The notes: a model not told the origin generated them from the sequence alone. Numbered from the stretch's first letter, positions 17,750 to 26,447 are shown. The stretch: 29,387 bases of DNA from a virus (IMGVR_UViG_3300037518_000024:1-29387); one strand, 5' to 3'. Translations and numbers: made by a program.

Positions 17750-19386
17750 TATTGATTCTCTACCAGTGGGACACCTGCTTCTCCGAGCGTCTTAGCAACA
17801 TCAGCACCTTGTTGCATACCGGCAAGCAAGGTGGCTGCTTCCTGCTGCTCCTGCTGCGCCTGCATTTGGGCTTCAACGTCTTCCTTCGAGACGACCCACT
17901 TGGCAGGTACACCGATCCCTTCCAGTACATCACGCAGGGCCTGCTTGGCATCGATAAGCATAGCAGTCGAAGGATCGAACTGAACAGAAGCCGCGATGTA
18001 CTGCTGCGCTTCCATGAAGCGGTTGCCTTTCTCGCGCTCGATGGCCTCATGCAGAGGACTCTCGAAACGGAACTGAATATCAGCTCCTTGAAGGCTTTCA
18101 GGTAAATCGAACGGGGAGCCGAACGCCCCGGAACGTAAGAGCAAGGAGAAAGTTTCTTCGCAAATCGCGCCGTTGTATTCCAGTTCCATCGGCTCAAAGA
18201 GCGGCAGAGCATCGCGGATGTATTGCTGAATACGCTGACCGACTTCATAGGCTGTCATTTCCGGGGCGCGCTGTGGCAGGTTTAGCTTACTCAGGTAGAA
18301 CGCCTCGGACAGCATAAACCGGGTGTCCCGCGCCATGTCGACACCGAGCGGCATGCTGCTCTTGTCCTGAGTCAGCGGGCGCAACACTTCGCCCAGCTTC
18401 TCATCGTAGGCAGCGTCCACCCAGGTGATGCCGCCAGCGAAGATAGAAATGTCAGACCGGATGGCCTCCTGCACTGCGATCATCGGCGGGTTGACTTGCT
18501 TCTCGCCGGCTTCCAGCAGGGTGTAGGTCATAGCCTGCAGCAAACGGGCGTCTGGCAGGGCCGCAACGGTGGCCGGGGAATAGGCGTACTGCGATCCGCT
18601 CACGGTCTGCCAGCGTGGTATCACGTAGATCGGGGAGAACACGCCCACCTTCTCGATGGTCTTCATGTGAACCGCATCGAAGTAGATCGACACATACGGG
18701 GTGTTGAAACTGCCGTCGGCCATATCGCGTTCTACAACGATATGGCGAACCTCGATTTCTTCGAACGGGGTGCGCTCTGCGATCTTCTTCACGTCCGGAT
18801 GCAGCTTAGAGCTACCGAAGATCCGCACAAGATCGCGCGCCGTGGGCTTCCACTTGCGCACGATCATGCCGATCTTGCCTTCCTCATCCTCTGACCAGGC
18901 CATGTCGCGCAGGTGCCAGCAACGGTACAGCAGACCAGACTTCTCGCGGTTCAGCTCAACTGAGATACAGCACTGGCCGAACGTGGCGAAGTCGTTGTCG
19001 GCTTCTTTCGTGGCCCGGATGAACTGGGTGTCGCGGTCGTACATCGCCTTGCGCTGCACCTTGCCGGCCCATTGCAGCCACACCTGGGCCTCTGGATCCA
19101 CGTTATCGCCTGGCTCTTCGGTGTCGTCACCTCGGATAGTCAGGTGGAACCACGGCTTCTCAGTCGGGCGCAGCATGAACGAAAAGTAATTGGCCAGGTC
19201 GCGCCTGGCCAGGATCGGATAGCTGGTGGATAGGTTGTCAGCGAAGTCCGTACCCAGCGAACGCTTGAACGTGAAGTCAGCGCGCTCTGGATAGAAATTC
19301 TCTGCCATTTCCTGCCAGAGACTGATCAGGGAAGAGCGCTTGGAATGCAGCTGCTCCCCCTGTTCGTACAGTTTTTTGTCTTCCAT
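17749..19386 (-). CDS. Portal (head-to-tail connector) protein
   Basis: 545 aa with P..KPWF, PRWQ...GSQYAYSP...ALPDAR.LQ, MTAYEV and FESPL motifs of T7 gp8/Bbp21-type portals. Confidence 0.92.
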   Translation of the reverse strand: MEDKKLYEQGEQLHSKRSSLISLWQEMAENFYPERADFTFKRSLGTDFADNLSTSYPILARRDLANYFSFMLRPTEKPWFHLTIRGDDTEEPGDNVDPEAQVWLQWAGKVQRKAMYDRDTQFIRATKEADNDFATFGQCCISVELNREKSGLLYRCWHLRDMAWSEDEEGKIGMIVRKWKPTARDLVRIFGSSKLHPDVKKIAERTPFEEIEVRHIVVERDMADGSFNTPYVSIYFDAVHMKTIEKVGVFSPIYVIPRWQTVSGSQYAYSPATVAALPDARLLQAMTYTLLEAGEKQVNPPMIAVQEAIRSDISIFAGGITWVDAAYDEKLGEVLRPLTQDKSSMPLGVDMARDTRFMLSEAFYLSKLNLPQRAPEMTAYEVGQRIQQYIRDALPLFEPMELEYNGAICEETFSLLLRSGAFGSPFDLPESLQGADIQFRFESPLHEAIEREKGNRFMEAQQYIAASVQFDPSTAMLIDAKQALRDVLEGIGVPAKWVVSKEDVEAQMQAQQEQQEAATLLAGMQQGADVAKTLGEAGVPLVENQ

Positions 19387-19827
19387 TTAGCCACCCAACC
19401 GTTCTACTTCTTCCTCACCAACGGTAGCTTCCCGGTTGGTTAGGATGGTGGAAACTCGACCACGACGCTTGCGGTTCAGCTCGCCTTGAGAAACTTCCTG
19501 TGTCGTTTGCGTCGACGCTTCGCCTGGAGTGAAGCCCTCGGTAGGAACAGCGCCGGGGGTTTCAGCTGGAGTGCTGGGTACTGCTGGCGCTACAGAGGCT
19601 GGCGGCGTAGACGGCACGTTCTGTGGGGTTTGCTGGGCTATGTTCTGATCAGGCATTTTTTGCGCCATGGAGCCGCCGAGCATATTTCCGGCGACCATAC
19701 CCAAACCAGCGCCTATCATGCCGCCGACAGTCGCAAAACCAGCCAGCGTGCCGCCGCCGCCGATCAAGCCGCCTACTACAGCGCCGAGAAGCGGGGCTTC
19801 TTTTACCGGCTTATTCACTTCGAACAT
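19387..19827 (-). CDS. Pre-portal virion protein (T7 gp7.3-like position), paralog 3
   Basis: Glycine-zipper N-terminus, P/A/T-rich middle, C-terminal RKRRGRVSTILT...ERLGG. Confidence 0.7.
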   Translation of the reverse strand: MFEVNKPVKEAPLLGAVVGGLIGGGGTLAGFATVGGMIGAGLGMVAGNMLGGSMAQKMPDQNIAQQTPQNVPSTPPASVAPAVPSTPAETPGAVPTEGFTPGEASTQTTQEVSQGELNRKRRGRVSTILTNREATVGEEEVERLGG

Positions 19828-19839
19828 GATTTCTCCCCC

Positions 19840-20310
19840 TTAACCGCCGAGTGATTCTACGGCGCCGCCCAAACCTGTGAGCAAATTCCGAAGGCCCCTG
19901 GGGCGTCTACCGCCGCCGCGAGAAACGTCGGAACCGAGTGTACCAATTATGGATCCAGCTGGCGCGGCTGGTGCAGCCGGTTGCGCGGCTGGTGCAGGTT
20001 CTGCTACAGGCTGTGCTGCTGGCGCCGGGGCGGGAGCTGCTACAGGCTGTGCTGCTGGCGCCGGGGCGGGGGCTGCAACGGCTACCGGGGCTTGGGCGGC
20101 GGGTGCTGCAGCTGACGCTGGCGCTGACGCTGGCGCTGGCGCAGCACCTGGGGTGCCTGCTGGTAGCCCGTTCTTGTTAATGCCTTGCATGGCCTTGGCC
20201 ACTAGGCCCCATTGATCGCCGGCCTTTGCATCCGTTGGTATCAGCAGCGGGATATTCCCAGTGCCAGCACCAGCTGCCGTGTTCATAGTGAGATTGCTAA
20301 AATCACCCAT
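19840..20310 (-). CDS. Pre-portal virion protein, paralog 2 (156 aa)
   Basis: Start moved to the ATG at 20310 (GGAGG RBS). AP-rich middle and C-terminal GRRPRGLRNLLTG...ESLGG. Confidence 0.7.
   Translation of the reverse strand: MGDFSNLTMNTAAGAGTGNIPLLIPTDAKAGDQWGLVAKAMQGINKNGLPAGTPGAAPAPASAPASAAAPAAQAPVAVAAPAPAPAAQPVAAPAPAPAAQPVAEPAPAAQPAAPAAPAGSIIGTLGSDVSRGGGRRPRGLRNLLTGLGGAVESLGG
20001..20072. repeat. 36-bp tandem direct repeat (2 copies, 1 mismatch) encoding APAPAAQPVAAP-type units
   Basis: ctgctacaggctgtgctgctggcgccggggcgggag followed by the same unit ending gggg. A 12-bp duplication (gctgacgctggc x2) lies at 20111-20134. Confidence 0.9.
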
Positions 20311-20311
20311 G

Positions 20312-20959
20312 TCAGCCTCCGAAAGTCTCAGAACCGCTACCGCCAAAGCCTGACAACAGCGTCTTCACCCTACCGCGTCTGCCGCCGCCACCTCTGCGGC
20401 CTGCATTAGCGGTATCGGTGCCCAGTGTACCTGCTAATTGCGTGCCTACAGTGTTGGCTGCCGCAGCTGCAGCTGGTGCGCTACCAGGCTCTGGCGCGGG
20501 TGTGAATTTTGGTGCTGGGGTAGGTGCTGCGGCAGCCGGCGCCTTGGCTGCCGGCGCGGGGGCCTTCTTAGCGGCAGCGTCTGCTTTCTGCTGAGCGGCT
20601 TCCTGCGATTTGAGCTTCTGCAGCGTGTCGTACAAGACCCCAGCCTGGGCATGTTTGGGTCTAGACTTCGACCCCTTCACGAAGTCGATAGTTCGCTTGG
20701 CCTCTTCGATAACGTGAGGTAGCGCTACAGCATTTGGGTCGGTCAAAAGCCTGTTGGCTATCTCGTACTTCTCAGCAGTAGACCGCGCGTTGTACATGCT
20801 GGCCCCGGCTTTCTGCGACATAGCTGAGTTTGAGTTACGCGTCGGTGCTTTACGCTCGATAAGAGTCGCCCCCGGTGGAAGAGGGGCGTCGGAAATGGTG
20901 GTAGCTCCAGAGAACATGCCCCCGAACAATCGTCCTACAGATCCCAGTGCACCGCTCAT
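20312..20959 (-). CDS. Pre-portal virion protein, paralog 1
   Basis: AP/K-rich middle and C-terminal GRRGRVKTLLSG...ETFGG. TAATG coupling to the upstream small ORF. Confidence 0.7.
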   Translation of the reverse strand: MSGALGSVGRLFGGMFSGATTISDAPLPPGATLIERKAPTRNSNSAMSQKAGASMYNARSTAEKYEIANRLLTDPNAVALPHVIEEAKRTIDFVKGSKSRPKHAQAGVLYDTLQKLKSQEAAQQKADAAAKKAPAPAAKAPAAAAPTPAPKFTPAPEPGSAPAAAAAANTVGTQLAGTLGTDTANAGRRGGGGRRGRVKTLLSGFGGSGSETFGG

Positions 20960-21096
20960 TAGCGCCCCCTCCCCTTGTTCTCAGGTTTACCGGGCTTGGC
21001 TGGTCGACCTTTCGTAGCCCTAATGGTTTGGCCCAGGTTCTCAGGCACGTTCTCATCCTGCCGCCCTTTGCGGAGAACGCGCTTGTCTGAAACCAT
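20959..21096 (-). CDS. Small basic hypothetical protein (45 aa)
   Basis: Not in the track. MVSDKRVLRKGRQDENVPENLGQTIRATKGRPAKPGKPENKGRGR fills the gap exactly between the terL stop and the next ATG. Confidence 0.6.
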   Translation of the reverse strand: MVSDKRVLRKGRQDENVPENLGQTIRATKGRPAKPGKPENKGRGR

Positions 21097-21097
21097 T

Positions 21098-22690
21098 TTA
21101 CCTTCCATTTCTTCGATCCTTACTGGTGATGACTTTCACGCCGCTGGTGCCGCGATTCTTCACAGTTTCCCGACGTACCAGCCACTCACCGCCATCAGTC
21201 ATGAACTTGGGCCCGCTCGACCAGGCCATAACAACAGCATCGCCGCGATCCGTAGAACGGCCCAGGCGCTTGCATACATCCTCTTTGGATTCGAGTTTAA
21301 GCCCTTTCGGGGTAACTTCAAAATGAGGGGCAGCCAAGTCGGCCATGAGCCGTGGGTCATCCGGCAGCATCATCGTCGCGCCACCGTCCTGGCTTGGGTC
21401 TAGAGCCTCGCGCAAACGCCAATACGCTTCTGTTCTCTTGTTCGTGAATTTCAGCTGCCGATCCTTGGTTCTGGTATCGACGGCGGTAGCCCCTTTGTAC
21501 GACACAACTGGAATCTTGTTGTCCAGCAGCTTTTCGTAAGTGGCGCCGCCATAACCCCCGCCCATATCAAGGATGATTTCGGCCTCATCCTTGCGATTGG
21601 CGAGGATAAACCCGGCTACGTCAGCCCCAAGTGGAGTCTCCCGGCCAGGCTTGGTGAGCATCGGGGCAAACCAGTCGTCATGCCGAATGGCTATGACCGT
21701 TTCGTCAGCGCCACCCTGGGCCACATCGACACCCATGGAACACATCGGTATGCCGATACGCGGGTACTGCGTCCAGCGGCGCTGAGCATCCTTGATCCAC
21801 GAAGTCGGGATGCACTGATTCTCGTCGTCGCGCAAGGAGGCCATGAACCCGCCCATCAGGATGGAGCGGAACGGCTCGATCATAGCGTCAAGCTGGGCTT
21901 GGTAGTCGGTGCCCACCAGATACGGGTTGTCGTGCATGGAAGCTGGGATGTAGGTTCGGGACAGTGGCTTAACCTCCCTGCCATCCTCCAGCGTTACCAT
22001 GTGCGGGCCCTCTACCTCTTGGTCTTTGCCGTACTCGTCGGTGATGAACCAGCGCAGCTCGCCGTGCTTGGCCGGGTTGGGGTGCTGTGGATCCAGCCAG
22101 GGGGCGAACATCTCCACCACCCAGGCGCCTTCGGACGATAGGGGTGGGTTAGTGGCGATCACCACCCTGGTGCGTTGGTTGGGATCATCGGCGCAGCGCA
22201 GCCAACCCATGAGGAAGCGTATCTGCGTTTCAGCGAAGTGGGTGCCCTCGTCGAAGGCGATCAGGTCGTGCGGGTTACCCATCCAGTGCTGCTCATCGCC
22301 TACCCTGGCCGCTGCGCCGAACTCGATGAACCGTTCAGGGCTTACCCGTAGGCTTGGAGGTGGGCTGCCGCTGTAGCCCTTGCGCGAGCCGTGGAATTTC
22401 AGGGTTTCATCGACGATGGGGCTAATGTCAGTGTACTGCCTCCGCATGATCAGGGATCTGCGGTGGCAGTTTAGGGCTAGGCCAATGATGAGGGAGGTCT
22501 TGCCTCCCCCCGGTTCCCCGCCATACAGCAGAATGTCAGCCTTCGATAGATAGGCTTCGGTCTGCGGCCCCGGCGAGGGAACCCAGCGCATACCCTTAGT
22601 TTGGGCATACGCATCTTCCTTTACCTTGTGCTTATCAGCATCCGCCAGGGCATTGAGGCGGTTGATCGTCTGGTCGAGGATCTGGCTCAT
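21098..22690 (-). CDS. terL: Terminase large subunit
   Basis: Walker A YGGEPGGGKT, Walker B LIAFDEG, coupling motif ATNP, and RNase H-like nuclease motifs MGVDVA and DRGDAV. Confidence 0.95.
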   Translation of the reverse strand: MSQILDQTINRLNALADADKHKVKEDAYAQTKGMRWVPSPGPQTEAYLSKADILLYGGEPGGGKTSLIIGLALNCHRRSLIMRRQYTDISPIVDETLKFHGSRKGYSGSPPPSLRVSPERFIEFGAAARVGDEQHWMGNPHDLIAFDEGTHFAETQIRFLMGWLRCADDPNQRTRVVIATNPPLSSEGAWVVEMFAPWLDPQHPNPAKHGELRWFITDEYGKDQEVEGPHMVTLEDGREVKPLSRTYIPASMHDNPYLVGTDYQAQLDAMIEPFRSILMGGFMASLRDDENQCIPTSWIKDAQRRWTQYPRIGIPMCSMGVDVAQGGADETVIAIRHDDWFAPMLTKPGRETPLGADVAGFILANRKDEAEIILDMGGGYGGATYEKLLDNKIPVVSYKGATAVDTRTKDRQLKFTNKRTEAYWRLREALDPSQDGGATMMLPDDPRLMADLAAPHFEVTPKGLKLESKEDVCKRLGRSTDRGDAVVMAWSSGPKFMTDGGEWLVRRETVKNRGTSGVKVITSKDRRNGR

Positions 22691-23492
22691 CGGTTTCTTT
22701 CAGCTCCATGTTGAACTGGTATTGCTGCATGGCAGCAACCAGCGGCGGTTCAAGGAAACGAGAAGACGGCCCGTCGACATTCCCCATCCAGTCCATTTCG
22801 GCCCACTCCAGATCTTCCAAAGCGCCGCGAAGGAACAGCGTTTCATCCTTGGCATTCTGCTGGGCGACCAGGGCATTCTGTACCCTACCTTCCAGCTCGC
22901 GACGGCGGGCCAGCATCTTGATCCGCGCGTGCGACACCTCGGATACCCCGTACAGCGGCGCCGGCCTGAACAGATCCGACTCGGGCGGCACGCCGACTTC
23001 GATGCCGTGGGCCTTGGCGATGATAGCAAAATACTGACACCCAAGCCGTTGATCCTTGTACTCGGTAGCCGCCGCCATGTCCACGCCATACAGGCCGATG
23101 CGCTTGAACCCGCACTCAATGGCCATAGCCATCATGTACGCGAGCGAAGACGTGAAGAAGTACGGGGAATACTTTTGAATTAGCTCGACAAGGGGCAGCT
23201 CGATGGAATTTGGTATCTCGGGACGCTTCTCGGCCATCCATACCGGGCCAGGGTAATTGGCCAAAAATTGACAGTATTCGGGGCTGAACCAGGGCTGCCC
23301 AGGTTCGTACCGATGAAGCTCCACCCAGGCGTTTGAACGCGGCGCCACGCCGTAAACGCCGGGGCTGCAACCTGCCATAGCCCAGGCAGGATTGCTGAAC
23401 GGTGCAAGGCGAAGGGAGCTGGGGGCTGATCCGAGGAGGCAGATCTGATCGGCCTCAGTGTTGAAATACTGACGGCGAAGTTCGATTGACAT
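22635..23492 (-). CDS. Putative nonulosonic acid (sialyl/pseudaminyl) transferase, CstII(GT42)/Maf-like fold
   Basis: Start moved to the ATG at 23492 (GGAG RBS). ICLLGSAPS and FTSSLAYMMAMAIECGFKRIGLYGVD parallel the CstII motifs IAGNGPS and ITSGVYMCAVAIALGYKEIYLSGID (recalled, not aligned). C-terminal coiled coil. Confidence 0.6.
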   Translation of the reverse strand: MSIELRRQYFNTEADQICLLGSAPSSLRLAPFSNPAWAMAGCSPGVYGVAPRSNAWVELHRYEPGQPWFSPEYCQFLANYPGPVWMAEKRPEIPNSIELPLVELIQKYSPYFFTSSLAYMMAMAIECGFKRIGLYGVDMAAATEYKDQRLGCQYFAIIAKAHGIEVGVPPESDLFRPAPLYGVSEVSHARIKMLARRRELEGRVQNALVAQQNAKDETLFLRGALEDLEWAEMDWMGNVDGPSSRFLEPPLVAAMQQYQFNMELKETDEPDPRPDDQPPQCPGGC

Positions 23493-23502
23493 TGACGGCT
23501 CC

Positions 23503-23530
23503 AAAAAATACCGGCCCCGAAGGGCCGGTG
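23503..23530 (-). terminator. Rho-independent terminator
   Basis: Minus strand reads ACCGGCCC-TTCG-GGGCCGGT-ATTTTTT with a C(UUCG)G tetraloop. The U-tract abuts the RBS of the next gene. Confidence 0.88.
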
Positions 23531-23537
23531 CTTTTCC

Positions 23538-23990
23538 TTACGTAGACCCGACGAAGCTGTGTCCAGCTGCAGTGGTGGCGAAGGTGAGCCAGGTGTCGGT
23601 AGTAGCACCGACCAGCTCTACCGGGTGGCCGAGAGTCGAGAGCTTCACAGTCGAATGGGTGGATCCAGCCGAGCTGGTCACTTGCGCGTCTGTGAGGTTC
23701 ACGTATACCGGGCCGTTTGCCGTGCTGCTTGCCAGGACTTTGCGAACGCCAGGGATTGGCGGCTCCAGGGCATAAACAGCACTGGATCCGGCACTGGTGC
23801 CGAGGTCAATGCTGATCCCGAAGGGTTTCAGGTCGGTATCGGTGCTTTCGGCGGTGGTGACACCTACCCGAAAGTCATCCGGCCCGACTAGGAACTCATC
23901 CTGAGAACCACCAGTTTCAGCGGTCGTGAGCCGCTGCAGTCCGAGGCGTCGTCCGAAGATCGACGTTAAGATTTTGCTTCCGTATGCCAT
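23538..23990 (-). CDS. Ser/Thr-rich hypothetical protein, probably a virion surface protein
   Basis: 150 aa with a strong AGGAG RBS and its own terminator. Beta-strand-like composition, about 26% S+T by hand count. Confidence 0.7.
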   Translation of the reverse strand: MAYGSKILTSIFGRRLGLQRLTTAETGGSQDEFLVGPDDFRVGVTTAESTDTDLKPFGISIDLGTSAGSSAVYALEPPIPGVRKVLASSTANGPVYVNLTDAQVTSSAGSTHSTVKLSTLGHPVELVGATTDTWLTFATTAAGHSFVGST

Positions 23991-24027
23991 GATGTTTACT
24001 CCTGCTGTTTGCTATTTATGGTGGAGT

Positions 24028-24204
24028 TTAACCCCTGTGGTGCTTGCCCTTTTGTTTGGCCTTTTGACGGCCTTTGTTCTTCCGTAACTGCGAAGCCTTC
24101 CGGAGAGCAATCTCCATGGCCTTGTTAGGTTGCTTACCTTCCTCAATCAAGGAGGTAACGTGATCTGCAACTTGCCGTTCTTCTGATTCACCTTTCACGT
24201 GCAT
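24028..24204 (-). CDS. Small basic phage protein (58 aa)
   Basis: Not in the track. MHVKGESEERQVADHVTSLIEEGKQPNKAMEIALRKASQLRKNKGRQKAKQKGKHHRG resembles the small GK...A.AIAL..A proteins often found near terminase genes. Confidence 0.65.
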   Translation of the reverse strand: MHVKGESEERQVADHVTSLIEEGKQPNKAMEIALRKASQLRKNKGRQKAKQKGKHHRG

Positions 24205-24205
24205 C

Positions 24206-24592
24206 TTAATTCGCCTCTACATACTCGGAAAGCCCCAACACCAGAGTGCGCTCTGCTGTTTGGGCTACTGCTACCCCTGCACTGGTTTCACTCACCAGCT
24301 TCAAGCGCTGGATGCCAGAGAACACTGCCGGGTCGAACGCCACGATACGGCTAGCCGACGTATCGTAGGTCAAAAAATCTCCGTCGGTGTTATAGATATC
24401 GTAGAAATTCGTGCTCAGGTCGACACTGCCCTGGAAGCCGATTTGCGCGTCAGTCCAGGCAGTGGACATTTGCACGCAGGACAGAGTTAGGCCGGTCAGG
24501 TCAATCTCTTCGCTCAAACCATCAGCCGCAGTGGTGATAGTTACCGAAGCATACGTGCGGCTACTCGGTTTCGGGTGGATTGGCTTGGTCAT
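24206..24592 (-). CDS. Ser/Thr-rich hypothetical beta-sandwich-like phage protein
   Basis: 128 aa with an M..AWT.A.I.FQGS.D...FYDIY pattern. About 23% S+T by hand count. Confidence 0.7.
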   Translation of the reverse strand: MTKPIHPKPSSRTYASVTITTAADGLSEEIDLTGLTLSCVQMSTAWTDAQIGFQGSVDLSTNFYDIYNTDGDFLTYDTSASRIVAFDPAVFSGIQRLKLVSETSAGVAVAQTAERTLVLGLSEYVEAN

Positions 24593-25055
24593 TACTCTGT
24601 TCCCCTATCAGGTCTTGGGTCGCTTTCGCAAGGACGAAAGCTATGCGGCGGGCGGCTTCCAAGTCGTCCATATCGTCGACGATGAGTGTACCACGGCCCC
24701 CAGGGTTTTCATCACTCTTGGGCTTCCACATATCAGCTTGGCGGTTGGTCAACCAGAATATACAGGCTGCAGTATCAACTGGAATTATGACTTCCTCGCG
24801 GAATATCCCGTCCTTGGTTTCCTTGTACTTGTTGATCTTGTATCCGCACGCCTTCTTGAACAGAGCGCCGACCACCATCGCATCGGCCTGCAGCCTACCA
24901 TCACGCCACGCAGAAGCGAACTCGGGGTATCGCTCTTCCCAAGCGTGCAATGTCGTCAGCGAGACACCAAGAAGGCGGGCAATCTCGGCATCTTTTAGGC
25001 CCGCCATACTCAGGTCGCGTACCCTCGCCGCGTAGGAGGGCTGATAGGTGTTCAT
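24561..25055 (-). CDS. terS: Terminase small subunit (HTH type)
   Basis: Start moved to the ATG at 25055, which overlaps the pseI stop (ATGA). Motifs GLKDAEIARLLGVS..TL..W...YPEF, ALFKKACGY and DTAACIFWLTNRQ...WK. Confidence 0.8.
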   Translation of the reverse strand: MNTYQPSYAARVRDLSMAGLKDAEIARLLGVSLTTLHAWEERYPEFASAWRDGRLQADAMVVGALFKKACGYKINKYKETKDGIFREEVIIPVDTAACIFWLTNRQADMWKPKSDENPGGRGTLIVDDMDDLEAARRIAFVLAKATQDLIGEQSNDQANPPETE

Positions 25056-26041
25056 TCCACTAGATCCCAACTCACTGGTGTGCAAGGTAAAACGTCTTTG
25101 GTAAAACGCTTGCCAATGAGTTTATCCCAGTTGTATGGCTTGACACCAGTGGCGGGGCGGAGTACGGCCAAATGCTCTGCGGTTATCTCTTCGCCGGCCC
25201 TGGCTGCCTTCACAATCCATATCGATCTGCGGTACTGCAGGCTGGTTTCCTCACCAGGGCGCGGGCCGAACACCACGTCGCCCATGGCGGCTTCGGCGAG
25301 GCGTACAGCCCTGACCATCTGCGAGAACTCGTATGGCTCCAGGGAGAACAGCGAATCAGGTGAGTTGCCGAACCTGTTACGGATAAGGTGCTTCTCGATG
25401 ACAGTCGAGCCCATCGTTACGGCCATGATGGCTGCAGTGTTCTCCAGGGTGTGATCGGACAGGCCCACCTTAGGTGCTACACCCTTCAACTTCTCCAATG
25501 TTGCCATGTTGAAGTTCCTGGCCATGGCCGGGTAAGACGACAGGCAGTGCAACAGCGTCAGATCCCTGCATCCGTTTTCCCAAGCAGTGGCCTCGGCATC
25601 GTATATCTCAGCGAGCGTAGCCATGCCGGTGGATACGATCAGGGGCTTGCCAGTAGCTGCCGCCGCAGCGATCAACTGGTGGTGGCCTATCTCGGGGCTG
25701 GCGATCTTGTAGATAGGGCAGTCGATGGACTCCAGACGGTGCACAGCCTCTACGGAGAACGGCGAGGAGAACGGTACAAGGCCCAGCTCGCGGGCGAGCT
25801 TGAACAGCGGCCTGTGCCACTTCCAGCACATAGCACCCTGCTTGTACAGCTCATGGTAACTGCGGCCATGCCAAGGCCCGTTCACAATGGGCACGTCTAC
25901 GGCTATCTCTGCCGGCGTGTAGGTCTGGAACTTGACGGCATCGGCGCCGCAGTCCTTGGCGATATGCACCAACCGTTCGGCCTCGTCGTAGGACTGCCGG
26001 TGGTTGGCGCCTATCTCAGCGACGATGAATACCTTACTCAT
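25052..26041 (-). CDS. pseI: Pseudaminic acid synthase-like (NeuB/PseI family) with C-terminal SAF domain
   Basis: Motifs IVAEIGANH, GADAVKFQTY, FSSPF, YKIAS.EI, KPLIVSTGMA, LLHC.SSYP, GLSDHT, IEKH, DS.FSLEP and RRSI. Confidence 0.9.
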   Translation of the reverse strand: MSKVFIVAEIGANHRQSYDEAERLVHIAKDCGADAVKFQTYTPAEIAVDVPIVNGPWHGRSYHELYKQGAMCWKWHRPLFKLARELGLVPFSSPFSVEAVHRLESIDCPIYKIASPEIGHHQLIAAAAATGKPLIVSTGMATLAEIYDAEATAWENGCRDLTLLHCLSSYPAMARNFNMATLEKLKGVAPKVGLSDHTLENTAAIMAVTMGSTVIEKHLIRNRFGNSPDSLFSLEPYEFSQMVRAVRLAEAAMGDVVFGPRPGEETSLQYRRSIWIVKAARAGEEITAEHLAVLRPATGVKPYNWDKLIGKRFTKDVLPCTPVSWDLVE

Positions 26042-26447
26042 GGCTGTAGGTCACTTGAATGAACTTGAAACCGAGACGGTCAAACAGGCACCGTGATGCC
26101 CAGTTGCCGGGATTGATATTTGCCAGGAACGGGCCGTCGTGCTGCTTCATCAGCTCTTTAATCGCTGCGTGAGCGTAGCCCTTGCCACGGTGCTGCTGGA
26201 ATATCGCAATACCTATCTCGTTCTGCTTGGTCAGGTAGGTGGCGCCGACTGCATCGCCAATGTCATTGGCGAAAATAAAGTACCACGCCATGTACGGCTT
26301 GGACTTAACGAAAGCCACATGCTCTTCCCAGCTAGGCATTTCCTTGTGCGAAATGGACTGTTCTGGCGTGCGTTCGCCAAGCAAGTCGTACAGCGCTTTA
26401 ATGTGAAAGCCGTCATGGCTGCTCACCGCAATCAGTTCAATTCTCAT
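26034..26447 (-). CDS. GNAT N-acetyltransferase (PseH-like role)
   Basis: Acetyl-CoA motif QHRGKGYA and N.AS..LF.RLGF. Located inside the sugar cassette. Confidence 0.8.
   Translation of the reverse strand: MRIELIAVSSHDGFHIKALYDLLGERTPEQSISHKEMPSWEEHVAFVKSKPYMAWYFIFANDIGDAVGATYLTKQNEIGIAIFQQHRGKGYAHAAIKELMKQHDGPFLANINPGNWASRCLFDRLGFKFIQVTYSHE

Noticed and set aside
19387-20959. C-terminal GG of the three paralogues as a ubiquitin-like conjugation signal
   Set aside because: There is no beta-grasp-like domain and no E1/E2/JAB gene in the window. A terminal LG/LGG is common in this pre-portal family.
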